Source: Candidatus Sulfobium sp. (GTDB taxonomy: Bacteria; Nitrospirota; Thermodesulfovibrionia; Thermodesulfovibrionales; UBA6898). Taken from it: a DNA stretch of 64,000 nucleotides. Position 1 is the stretch's first letter, and every line of letters begins with the position of its first letter. The stretch covers positions 1 through 64,000 of the forward strand of contig JARRRI010000006.1 in the NCBI GenBank assembly GCA_037380845.1. The letters are read 5' to 3'. Positions 49,021 to 58,479 of the stretch are shown here, one piece after another. The notes under the pieces were generated by a model. The model worked only from the letters and a program-made list of their open reading frames with translations. It was not told the origin of the DNA and ran no database searches. A program made the translations under genes and the position numbers.

Positions 49021-50364
49021 ATGGCTTTATCGGGTGTTGAAATATTCAAGCTTTTACCTAAGACGAACTGCAAGAAATGCGGATTTCCGACCTGCCTGGC
49101 TTTTGCCATGAAACTCGCTCAGAGACAGGCCTCGCTTGATGCCTGCCCGGATGTTTCCGAGGAGGCGAAGAAGGTCCTCGGAGAGGCATCCGCCCCCCCT
49201 GTACGGCCGATCACCTTCGGCACGGGTGACAAGGCAGTAAAGATGGGAGAGGAGACCGTCCTCTTCAGGCATGACAAGAAATTCGTTAACCCCTGCGCAT
49301 TTGCCGTGGAGATCCAGGATACTCTGTCCGAGGCCGACATAGCAGGCATTGCCGAACAGGTCGTGAATTCGGAGATAGACAGGGTGGGGCAGAAACTGAG
49401 GGTCGACGCTATTGCGTTGACCAACGTGTCGGGCGACGCAGGAAAGCTGGAGGCTGCTGCAAAGACAGTGGCGGCAAAGGCCCCCGGGGTGCCTGTAATC
49501 ATATGCACGGAGAACGATCAGGCGGCCGATGCTGCGGTGAAGGTATTTGCAGGGCAGAAACCGGTCATTTTCGGCGCCAACGCCTCCAACGTCGAGGCCA
49601 TGGCGAACGTTGCCAAGGCGAACAAGGCTGTTCTCGGCATATCGGCCAACGGCCTCGAGGAACTCTCTGCGCTGACTGAGAAGGTGAAATCACTCGGTGT
49701 GGAGGACATGGTGCTTGATTCAGGCGCCAGAAAGGCGAAGGACATACTTGAGCACAACACGCTGATCAGGAGGGCGGCGGTAAAGAAGAATTTCAAGCCC
49801 CTGGGATATCCCATAATAAACTTCGTACAGCGGGAAGACGCTCTTCTGGAGACGCTGGTGGCTTCTCTGGGCGTAGCTAAATACGGATCGATCGTCGTGA
49901 TGAAGAATATCGAGAAGTGGAAGAACGTTGCTCTCTTCACCCTCAGGCAGAACATTTATACTGACCCTCAGGTGCCGATGCAGGTCGAACAGAAGGTCTA
50001 CAACATCGGCGAGCCGAAGGCGGAATCACCGCTCTTCATTACTACGAACTTCTCGCTGACATACTTCATCGTATCCGGCGAGATAGAGAACAGCAAGGTG
50101 GCCAGCAGGCTGGCAGTGATGGACTGTGAAGGGCTTTCGGTCCTGACGGCATGGGCCGCCGGGAAGTTCACCGCTTCAAAGATAGCCCAGTTTATCACCG
50201 AAAGCGGTGTGGACAAGGAGATAGCCGGCAAGGAGCTGATCATACCCGGTTATGTCGCGATCCTCAGCGGCTCGATCGAGGACAAACTGCCGGGCTGGAA
50301 GATTACTGTAGGTCCGCGCGAGGCCAACGCCATACCGGCGTTCCTTAAGGGCCGGGCTGCTTAG
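49021..50364 (+). CDS. acsC: Corrinoid/FeS protein large (gamma) subunit
   Basis: LPKTNCKKCGFPTCLAFA, TTNFSLTY, SVLTAWAAG. Confidence 0.96.
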   Translation: MALSGVEIFKLLPKTNCKKCGFPTCLAFAMKLAQRQASLDACPDVSEEAKKVLGEASAPPVRPITFGTGDKAVKMGEETVLFRHDKKFVNPCAFAVEIQDTLSEADIAGIAEQVVNSEIDRVGQKLRVDAIALTNVSGDAGKLEAAAKTVAAKAPGVPVIICTENDQAADAAVKVFAGQKPVIFGANASNVEAMANVAKANKAVLGISANGLEELSALTEKVKSLGVEDMVLDSGARKAKDILEHNTLIRRAAVKKNFKPLGYPIINFVQREDALLETLVASLGVAKYGSIVVMKNIEKWKNVALFTLRQNIYTDPQVPMQVEQKVYNIGEPKAESPLFITTNFSLTYFIVSGEIENSKVASRLAVMDCEGLSVLTAWAAGKFTASKIAQFITESGVDKEIAGKELIIPGYVAILSGSIEDKLPGWKITVGPREANAIPAFLKGRAA

Positions 50365-50404
50365 CGGGAAAGAACTTGCTCTTTATTGTAAGAATTTCCT
50401 GTTA

Positions 50405-50484
50405 GTCATCTCCCGCAATGGCGGGAATCCAATCTTCTTTTTTTCAGGAGATAACGGATTCCCGATTACTGCCTCGGGCATGTC
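50405..50484. repeat. REP-like double-hairpin element
   Basis: GTCATCTCCCGCAATGGCGGGAATCC...GGATTCCCGATTACTGCCTCGGGCATGTC. Confidence 0.65.
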
Positions 50485-50648
50485 CAACAGAGAGATATCT
50501 GATATGGCGCAGTCTTGTGTCGGATAGATAAGGCGATAATCTAACAATTTGATTTTATACAGCAAAAAATTGAAAAATAGAATATTAGTGAGTTAGGATG
50601 GGAGATTCCAGCTTGATGAGCTCCTATCCATAATTAGAGGAGGTCAGG

Positions 50649-52847
50649 ATGTCAAAGTTAATAGCCTCGGCGGCTATACGTGGTTCCCACAGTCTTGTAA
50701 AACGGGCAGAGGAGATGCTGGAGAAGGCGATTGCCGCGCATGGCGAGAATTATGCCTTTGAGTTTCCTGATACTGCATTCTATCTCCCGATGATTTATGC
50801 GATCACCGGCTTCCCTGTCAAAACCATCGGGGACATGAAAACTGCGCTTGAGAGCGCCAAGGTTTACGCCCATCCGGAGCCGGATGCCGAACTCTGGAAG
50901 CCCTATCTGGGCGAGGCGCTTGATTCGGGTATGCTCACACTCTTTGCCGAAGAGATCATATTGGCCCTGAGATACATCGAAGGCCTGGAACCCTGCAAGG
51001 ACCCGGACACCGGTTATGAATATAACGGTTTTATCACTGACACCATTCAGCGGAACCTGGGTATCCAGCTTGTTGACGGTACGATGCCCGGGTTTGCAGC
51101 GATCATCGGTGCGGCCCCGGACGAGGAAACGGCGGTGAAAATCGTCAGGGAATTACAGGAAAAGAATATCCTTACTTTTCTCTCGGGGCACAGCAACGGA
51201 AACAGCGTCACCAAACAGCTCCTGAACAAGGGTGTCGAACTGGGATGGGAAACGAGGATTGTGCCCCTCGGTCCCGACACCGAGCACACGCTCTACGCCC
51301 TCGACTGGGCCATCAGGGCCTCCCTGATATTCGGAAGCAAGAAGCCCGGGGATTACAGGGAACACCTTAAGTACCAGAAAGACAGGGTCTTCGCTTTCGC
51401 CCTTGCCCTCGGCGGACTGGACGAGATCAAATGGTCGACCGGCGCAGGCGCAATCAACATGGGTTTCCCGGCGGTGTGCGATACTGACGTGCCCGTAATC
51501 CACCCGACCGGCGTCTGTACATATGAGGAAGTCGACAAGGAGTTCGATCACGACAAGATCGTCCAGAAGGCGATAGAGGTGAGGGGACTGAAGATCGTGG
51601 TCGAAAGACCTCCCATACCCGTTGCCTACGGACCGGCTTTCGAGGGGGAGCGGATCAGAAAAGAGGACATGTTTATCGAGTTCGGCGGGCAGAGGACGCC
51701 GGCCTTTGAATGGGTGAGGACGAAGGAACTTGAAGAGATAGAAGACAACAAGGTCGTGATCGTCGGCGAGAACTGGCAGGAGAGGTTCGAGCAGGGCGGC
51801 AAGATGCCCCTGGGCATAGTAATCGATGTTGCCGGAAGAAAGATGCAGAAGGATTTCGAGTCGGTCATCGAGAGGAAGATCCATCACAACCTTAACGAGG
51901 CCCAGGGGTTGTGGCACATGGGCCAGCGCGACATAAACTGGGTGAGGATAAGCAATAATGCCAGGAAAGACGGTCTGAACCTGGAGCATATCGGCGTTAT
52001 ACAGGCGACGATGACGCACGCCAGGTTCAAATCGATCGTCGACAAGGTCCAGGTCACCCTTTATGTTGATGAGAAGGACGTGCTCGCCATACAGGAAGAG
52101 GCGAGGGCGGCGTACCATGAGCGCGACCAGAGGGTGGGAAGCATGACCGACGAGGCTGTGGATACATTTTACTCCTGTCTTCTCTGCCAGTCCTTTGCGC
52201 CGAGCCACACCTGTGTGATCACGCCCGAAAGACTTGGTCTCTGCGGCGCTTACAACTGGCTTGACGGGAAGGCCGCATACGAGATCGATCCCACCGGCGG
52301 CAACCAGCCGATCGCTAAAGGAGACGTGCTCGACCCGGTGAAGGGCAGGTGGAGCGGGGTGGACGAATACCTCAAGCAGGCTTCCGGCGGCGCCATCGAA
52401 ACGCTCAACGCATATACCATCATGGACAACCCGATGACCTCGTGCGGTTGCTTCGAATGCATCATCGCCATCGTACCTGAGGCAAACGGGGTGATGATCG
52501 TTCAGCGGGGTCATACCGGAATGACCCCGGCGGGAATGAAGTTCTCGACCCTCGCCGGCAGCGTCGGCGGCGGCATGCAGACGCCGGGTTTCATGGGTAT
52601 CGGCAGGAACTTCATCACCAGTAAGAAGTTCCTTTACGCCGACGGCGGTCTCAAGAGGATCGTCTGGATGACAAAGAACCTGAAGGAAAGCCTGAAAGAC
52701 GCCTTTAACGAGAGGGCAGCCGAGGAAGGCGTGCCCGATCTTCTGGACAAGATTGCCGACGAAACCGTCGCGGAAGACTCGGAGAAACTGCTTGAGTTTC
52801 TGACGAGCGTCGGGCATCCGGCTCTCGAGATGGACCCGATGTTCTGA
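50649..52847 (+). CDS. acsB: Acetyl-CoA synthase
   Basis: A-cluster ligands CLLCQ, HTC, GLCGA, TSCGCFE; bacterial-type N-terminal domain. Confidence 0.97.
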   Translation: MSKLIASAAIRGSHSLVKRAEEMLEKAIAAHGENYAFEFPDTAFYLPMIYAITGFPVKTIGDMKTALESAKVYAHPEPDAELWKPYLGEALDSGMLTLFAEEIILALRYIEGLEPCKDPDTGYEYNGFITDTIQRNLGIQLVDGTMPGFAAIIGAAPDEETAVKIVRELQEKNILTFLSGHSNGNSVTKQLLNKGVELGWETRIVPLGPDTEHTLYALDWAIRASLIFGSKKPGDYREHLKYQKDRVFAFALALGGLDEIKWSTGAGAINMGFPAVCDTDVPVIHPTGVCTYEEVDKEFDHDKIVQKAIEVRGLKIVVERPPIPVAYGPAFEGERIRKEDMFIEFGGQRTPAFEWVRTKELEEIEDNKVVIVGENWQERFEQGGKMPLGIVIDVAGRKMQKDFESVIERKIHHNLNEAQGLWHMGQRDINWVRISNNARKDGLNLEHIGVIQATMTHARFKSIVDKVQVTLYVDEKDVLAIQEEARAAYHERDQRVGSMTDEAVDTFYSCLLCQSFAPSHTCVITPERLGLCGAYNWLDGKAAYEIDPTGGNQPIAKGDVLDPVKGRWSGVDEYLKQASGGAIETLNAYTIMDNPMTSCGCFECIIAIVPEANGVMIVQRGHTGMTPAGMKFSTLAGSVGGGMQTPGFMGIGRNFITSKKFLYADGGLKRIVWMTKNLKESLKDAFNERAAEEGVPDLLDKIADETVAEDSEKLLEFLTSVGHPALEMDPMF

Positions 52848-52965
52848 TTATTGATTAAGGATGACCGGAAATACCCGCATACAGAAATTGAAGAAAAGGG
52901 AGAGCAGAGGCCGAAACGGTTCCTTAACCTTGACCTCTGCCTTGACCTGTCAGTAAGGAGGATAT

Positions 52966-54951
52966 ATGTCAGAGAACATAAAGAGCGCTAACAAGGCGGC
53001 GGAAGAGATCATCGAATGGGGCGAATCTCATAAAATCGAGACCTGTTTCGACAGGGCTCAGAGGCTTAAGCCGTGTCCGATCGGTGCGACGGGTGCATGC
53101 TGCAAGGTATGTCACATGGGCCCCTGCCGGCTGGTGGGGAAGAACGCTGAAGAAGATGCGAGGGGTGTTTGCGGCGCCACGCTGCCTACGGTGGCTTCCA
53201 GAAACCTTTTGAGAATGATCGCTGCCGGGACGGCCGCCCACTCGGACCATGCCAGGGGAATGGCATTCACGCTCCTTTCGGTCGCCAACGGTGAGGCAAA
53301 GGACTTCAAGATAACAGACGTGAGAAAGCTTTACCGCGTCGCCGGCTACCTCAATGTCGAATTTGAGGGGAGGCCAGTAAACGACGTCGCGAGAGATGTT
53401 GCGACCAAGCTGATAGACGATTTCGGCAGGCAGAACGGGGAGATAAACTACCTGTCCCGCGCACCGAAGAAGACGCAGGAGAGATGGAAAAAGTGGGGTA
53501 TAGTGCCCCGCGGCGTCGACAGGGAAGTGTGCGAGGCGATGCACCGGACGAACATAGGAGTGGACCATGACCCGGACCATCTCCTCCTTCATGGGCTGAG
53601 GACGTCCCTTGCCGACGGGTGGGCCGGCAGCATGATTTCTACGGACGTCACGGACATCCTTTTCGGGACGCCGATGCCCCAGAAGTCCGAGGCGAGCTTC
53701 GGGATATTCAAGGAGGACGAGGTCAACCTCATCGTCCACGGGCATGAGCCTCTCCTTGCGGAGATCATGGTGGACGTTACGCAGGACCCGGAGATGGTGG
53801 CTTACGCCAAGTCGAAGGGCGCGAAGGGCATCAACCTTGGCGGTATGTGCTGTACGGCGAACGAGGTGCTGATGAGGCACGGCATCCCGACTGCGGGCGG
53901 CTTTACAAACCAGGAACTCGGGATCATGACGGGCCTGGTAGACGCCATCACGGTCGATGTCCAGTGCATAATGCCGGCCATAGCCGAGCTTTCAAAAAAA
54001 TTCCATACAAAGGTCATTACGACTTCTGAAAAGGCGATGATACCGGGCGCTGTCCATATTGAATTCGACGAACACAGGGCCGTCGATGTTGCCAGGGAAA
54101 TTGTGAAACTCGCGATCGACAACTACGGCAACAGAAAGGCGGAAGGCAGTCATATTACGGATAAATTCCCGGTAATCGCGGGCTTCTCCCAGGAGTACAT
54201 AGAGTACATGCAGGGCGGTACGTGGAGGGCGTCATTCAGGCCTCTCAACGATGCGATAATGGCAGGGAGAATCCGGGGAGTGGTCGGACTGGCGGGCTGC
54301 GACAACCCCAGGGTACCGTCGACGGGCCTCCACCGGTTTCTCGCCACGGAGCTGATAAAGAACGACGTACTTATCGTATCGACGGGATGCGGGTCGGCGG
54401 CTTGTGGAACGGCCGGCTACCTTACCCCGGAGATGGCCCTGGAAAACGCGGGCCCCGGATTAAGAGAGGTATGTGAGGCGATAGGGATACCGCCCATCCT
54501 CCACCTGGGAGCATGCGTCGATAACTCGAGGATTCTTACCATTGCCAGTGCAATGGCTGCCGAAGGCGGCCTCTCGGACGAGATAGGGGGCATGCCTGCG
54601 GTTGGTATCGCCCCGGAGTGGATGAGCGAAAAGGCGATTGCGATCGGCTGCTATTTTGCGGCCTCCGGCGTGCCGGTGATATTCGGCGGTGAATCTCCCG
54701 TGGAGGCGAGTGAAGAGGTGACGAGAATCATGACTGAGGTCTGGTTCGAGAGGTTCATGGGGGCTCTCCACTTTGAGCCGGACCCGGAAAAGATCCTGAG
54801 CATGACCCTCGACTACATTGACCAGGCGAGGGAAAGGCTGAAACTCAGAAAGTACGAACCCGGCAAGTTCGGCGCCGAGAGGGTGCTTATGGACATGGCG
54901 GCGCGCCGTGAGATCGAGAGGGCTGCAAAGCCTCATCTGGGAATATTTTAA
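52966..54951 (+). CDS. cooS: Ni-CO dehydrogenase catalytic subunit
   Basis: D/B-cluster Cys motifs; C-cluster ligands HGHEP, MCCT, DVQC, GCDN, TGCG, GACVD; SEKA. Confidence 0.97.
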   Translation: MSENIKSANKAAEEIIEWGESHKIETCFDRAQRLKPCPIGATGACCKVCHMGPCRLVGKNAEEDARGVCGATLPTVASRNLLRMIAAGTAAHSDHARGMAFTLLSVANGEAKDFKITDVRKLYRVAGYLNVEFEGRPVNDVARDVATKLIDDFGRQNGEINYLSRAPKKTQERWKKWGIVPRGVDREVCEAMHRTNIGVDHDPDHLLLHGLRTSLADGWAGSMISTDVTDILFGTPMPQKSEASFGIFKEDEVNLIVHGHEPLLAEIMVDVTQDPEMVAYAKSKGAKGINLGGMCCTANEVLMRHGIPTAGGFTNQELGIMTGLVDAITVDVQCIMPAIAELSKKFHTKVITTSEKAMIPGAVHIEFDEHRAVDVAREIVKLAIDNYGNRKAEGSHITDKFPVIAGFSQEYIEYMQGGTWRASFRPLNDAIMAGRIRGVVGLAGCDNPRVPSTGLHRFLATELIKNDVLIVSTGCGSAACGTAGYLTPEMALENAGPGLREVCEAIGIPPILHLGACVDNSRILTIASAMAAEGGLSDEIGGMPAVGIAPEWMSEKAIAIGCYFAASGVPVIFGGESPVEASEEVTRIMTEVWFERFMGALHFEPDPEKILSMTLDYIDQARERLKLRKYEPGKFGAERVLMDMAARREIERAAKPHLGIF

Positions 54952-55008
54952 AAAAGGATCTGAAATGGTTGGTAAGACATATATGCCCTGTATGTTTTTG
55001 GAGGTTAG

Positions 55009-55494
55009 ATGAAAGTTGAAGAAATAAATGTTGATGAGAGGATAGGAAGTGTCGGGGAGGTCCTGACAGAGGAGCAGAAGAAAAGGGGCGTGCTGATCCA
55101 CGCCCTGCAGAAAATTCAGAAGGAGCATAATTATCTGCCGGAGGAGGTATTGAAGGACCTTGCAAAGAAGCTCAACTTGCCTCTCTCGGAGGTTTACAGC
55201 ACGGCGTCCTTCTATAAACACTTCTACTTCAAGCCCAGAGGCAGGAATGTGGTATGTGTATGTCTCGGAACCGCGTGCCACGTCAGGGGAGCGGGCAAGG
55301 TCCTCGAAAAGATCGAAGAGAGTTTCGGGATAAGTGAGGGCGAGACGACGGAGGACATGTCGTTGACCCTGGAGACCGTGGGCTGCGTCGGATGCTGCGG
55401 CCTGGCGCCGGTCGTCACCGTGAATGATGAGGTTGAAGGCGACCTCAACCCGAAAAGGGTCACCGATTTAATAGAAACGATCAAGGGGAAATAG
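55009..55494 (+). CDS. NuoE/HydC-like [2Fe-2S] subunit
   Basis: CLGTAC...CVGCC. Confidence 0.92.
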   Translation: MKVEEINVDERIGSVGEVLTEEQKKRGVLIHALQKIQKEHNYLPEEVLKDLAKKLNLPLSEVYSTASFYKHFYFKPRGRNVVCVCLGTACHVRGAGKVLEKIEESFGISEGETTEDMSLTLETVGCVGCCGLAPVVTVNDEVEGDLNPKRVTDLIETIKGK

Positions 55495-55497
55495 AAG

Positions 55498-57837
55498 ATG
55501 GGCAAATTAAATTCGATACACGACCTGAAGAAACTCAGGGCCCTTCTTGAGGAGGAGACCTTCGCCCCTGATATACCCAGGATCAGGATGTGCAGCGGAA
55601 CGGCCTGCACTGCGACGGGGACTCCCAAAGTGCTTACGGCGCTGGAAGAGGAGGCGGGCCGGAGAGGGATCAAACTTGACGTAGTGAAGACAGGCTGTCA
55701 GGGACTCTGCCAGAAGGGCCCCGTAATGCGGGTGGAACCGCAGGGTATATTCTACCAGAAGGTAAAGCCCGAACACGCCAAATGGATAATGACCTACACG
55801 GTTGCGGGGGGCGTGCCTTACCGCCAGAGCCTTTACCGGGAAGATATCATGAGCGAGCCCGTGCCGGAGATGGCCAATGTGCCTTTTTACAGAAAGCAGC
55901 TCAGGATAGCCCTCAGGAACAACGGTGTGATTGACCCGCGCAATATCTATCACTATATCGCGGTGGGAGGATATAAGGCCCTCGAAAAGGCCCTCTCCTC
56001 CATGGCCCCCGAGGATGTCATGAATGAAGTCGACAATGCAATGCTACGGGGCCGCGGCGGCGCGGGATTCCCGGCGGGCAAGAAGTGGAGACACACGAAG
56101 GGTGCGCCCGGCTCGATCAAGTTTGTCATAGCAAACGGCGACGAGGGTGACCCCGGCGCCTTCATGGACAGGTCGGTTATGGAGGGCGACCCTCACAGTC
56201 TCTTCGAGGGGATGATCCTCTGCGCTTATGCGATAGGTGCCCGCTACGGTATGGTCTATGTAAGGCACGAATACCCGCTGGCGGTCAAGAACCTCGGCAT
56301 AGCGATAAAACAGGCGGAAGAGATCGGGCTGCTCGGGAAGAACATCCTCGGCAGCGGTCTCGATTTCACGATAGACATAAGGGAGGGAGCGGGGGCCTTC
56401 GTCTGCGGTGAATCGACCGCCCTGGTTGCATCTATAGAAGGGGAGAGGGGCTTCCCGAGGCCGAGACCGCCGAGACTGTCTGAGCCCGGCGGAGGGGCCT
56501 GGGGTTATCCCAGCAACCTCAACAACATCGAGACTTACGCCTGTGTTCCGCCGATCGTCGAAAAAGGGGCTGGCTGGTTCAGGAGCATCGGCACCGAGAG
56601 TTCTCCGGGGACGAAGGTCTTCGCTCTTACCGGAAAGGTGAAGAATACCGGGCTGGTGGAGGTACCGATGGGTATGACCATCAGGGAGATAATCTACGAT
56701 ATCGGTGGCGGCATCCTCGGGAACAAGGAATTCAAGGCTGTGCAGACCGGAGGGCCGTCGGGCGGTTGCCTGCCGGCAAGCTTTCTCGACCTGCCGGTGG
56801 ATTTTGACTCTCTCACGAAGGCGGGCTCCATGATGGGCTCGGGTGGAATGGTCGTTCTGGATGAGGACACATGCATGGTGGACGTGGCAAAATACTTCCT
56901 CTCCTTTACGCAATCGGAGTCCTGCGGCAAGTGCCCGCCGTGCAGGATCGGCACTTACCAGATGCTCCAGATATTAGAGAAGATAACCTCCGGTCAGGGT
57001 GAACAGGGCGACATCGAACGCCTCATAGAACTTGGGAAATCCATTCAGCATGGATCACTCTGCGGTCTCGGACAGAGCGCGCCGAACCCGGTTTTGAGCA
57101 CCATAAAGTATTTCAGACAGGAATACGAGGAGCACATCCATGACAACTATTGCAGGGCTAAGGTATGCAGCAACATGGGCGTCTTCGTCATCAACCAGGC
57201 GGAGTGCATAAGGTGCGGTCTCTGCGAACAGGCCTGTGCTTTTGACGCTGTCACCGAGACAAGAGAGATGTACCAGATCGACCGCGCATACTGCACAAGG
57301 TGCAAGGCTTGTTACCTTGCATGCCCTGTAGGTGCGGTCAAGATCAGGAAGCACAGCGTGGTGAAGCTGGAAGAACAGTTCAGGATACCTTCTGAGAAAA
57401 TAGAAGTCCTTGAAAGGAGGGCTAGAATGACACTCAAAGACCTCATGCAGTCGAAGCCAACCAAGATGGTCACCTGCGGTAAGGATTCGAAGGTGGCGGA
57501 GGCCATCAGCATCATGGACAGCAACAATATAGGGTCTGTTCTGGTAGTCGACGAGGAGAAGAAGATCGTGGGCATATTTACCGAAAGGGACATCATGCAC
57601 TGTTTTGCCAAAAAGATCGCGGTTAACGAAACTGCCCTGGGCGACGTGATGACGCAAAAGCCCGTGACCCTGGACGGTTCCATAGATATAAGTGTTGCGG
57701 TCAAGGTGATGTCGGAGAAGAAGATCAGGCATCTGCCGGTGACCGAGGACGAAAAGGTCATCGGCATGATCTCTTACAGGGACCTTGTCTCCTACCTGCT
57801 GCCGGAGGTTATTTACATGGCAGAGGACATTTATTAA
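55498..57837 (+). CDS. NuoF/HydB-like FMN/NAD(P) subunit with C-terminal CBS pair
   Basis: N-terminal [2Fe-2S], GRGGAGFP, DEGDPGAFMD, CGKCPPC, 2x[4Fe-4S], then two CBS motifs (VGIFTERD; IRHLPV...GMISYRD). Confidence 0.93.
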   Translation: MGKLNSIHDLKKLRALLEEETFAPDIPRIRMCSGTACTATGTPKVLTALEEEAGRRGIKLDVVKTGCQGLCQKGPVMRVEPQGIFYQKVKPEHAKWIMTYTVAGGVPYRQSLYREDIMSEPVPEMANVPFYRKQLRIALRNNGVIDPRNIYHYIAVGGYKALEKALSSMAPEDVMNEVDNAMLRGRGGAGFPAGKKWRHTKGAPGSIKFVIANGDEGDPGAFMDRSVMEGDPHSLFEGMILCAYAIGARYGMVYVRHEYPLAVKNLGIAIKQAEEIGLLGKNILGSGLDFTIDIREGAGAFVCGESTALVASIEGERGFPRPRPPRLSEPGGGAWGYPSNLNNIETYACVPPIVEKGAGWFRSIGTESSPGTKVFALTGKVKNTGLVEVPMGMTIREIIYDIGGGILGNKEFKAVQTGGPSGGCLPASFLDLPVDFDSLTKAGSMMGSGGMVVLDEDTCMVDVAKYFLSFTQSESCGKCPPCRIGTYQMLQILEKITSGQGEQGDIERLIELGKSIQHGSLCGLGQSAPNPVLSTIKYFRQEYEEHIHDNYCRAKVCSNMGVFVINQAECIRCGLCEQACAFDAVTETREMYQIDRAYCTRCKACYLACPVGAVKIRKHSVVKLEEQFRIPSEKIEVLERRARMTLKDLMQSKPTKMVTCGKDSKVAEAISIMDSNNIGSVLVVDEEKKIVGIFTERDIMHCFAKKIAVNETALGDVMTQKPVTLDGSIDISVAVKVMSEKKIRHLPVTEDEKVIGMISYRDLVSYLLPEVIYMAEDIY

Positions 57838-57848
57838 GGGGAAGTATC

Positions 57849-58439
57849 ATGACAGAGCAGAAAGAACCTAAAGTAGAAGAGATAAAGAAGGCGGCGGAGG
57901 AGGAGAAGAAATGTCCGGTCCAGAGGTCTCTGTTTTACATAGAGGGCTTCCTTGACGGGCCGATGTGCGGCAGATGCTTCCCGTGTGCCTTCGGCAGTTA
58001 CGAGGCGCGGGTCAGGCTGAAGAGAATCATCCAGGGACGGGGCGGTGAGGACGACATCAGGACGCTGCGGCGCATATCGGAGGAGATGCTGACCAGTTCC
58101 CGGTGCAAGAAGGGCAAAGACACGGCGGCATTCCTGACGGAGTGGCTAAACACTGACGTCTTCAGGAGACATGCGGAAGGAAGCTGCCCCGACATGGAGT
58201 GTAAATCCCTGATCGAATACCGGATCATTCCTGAGAAGTGCACCATGTGCGGCCTCTGCCTGGAGGCATGCAAATACGCCGCAATTCACGGAGAGAAGAG
58301 GAGACCGTTTGCTTCGGGGTATTCTCCCTTCGAGATCCGCCAGAAGAGGTGTGTAAAGTGTGGAGACTGTCTGCCTGTGTGCCCCTATGGCGCAATAGTG
58401 ATTGTAGAAAAAGAGGTGCCGGCCCCGGTCGGCGGATAA
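57849..58439 (+). CDS. Fe-S protein resembling the C-terminal part of NuoF/HydB
   Basis: CGRCFPC...RCKKG, H-x4-C-x4-C, two CxxCxxCxxxC. Confidence 0.85.
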   Translation: MTEQKEPKVEEIKKAAEEEKKCPVQRSLFYIEGFLDGPMCGRCFPCAFGSYEARVRLKRIIQGRGGEDDIRTLRRISEEMLTSSRCKKGKDTAAFLTEWLNTDVFRRHAEGSCPDMECKSLIEYRIIPEKCTMCGLCLEACKYAAIHGEKRRPFASGYSPFEIRQKRCVKCGDCLPVCPYGAIVIVEKEVPAPVGG

Positions 58440-58479
58440 ATGGCGGGTGTCTGAGCCTGTAATTTTATAGGAGGATTGG

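Noticed and set aside
51153..52817. Long antisense ORFs (also 4338-5567, 10628-11743, 52969-53880)
   Set aside because: Shadow frames of well-supported genes, with no motifs or RBS
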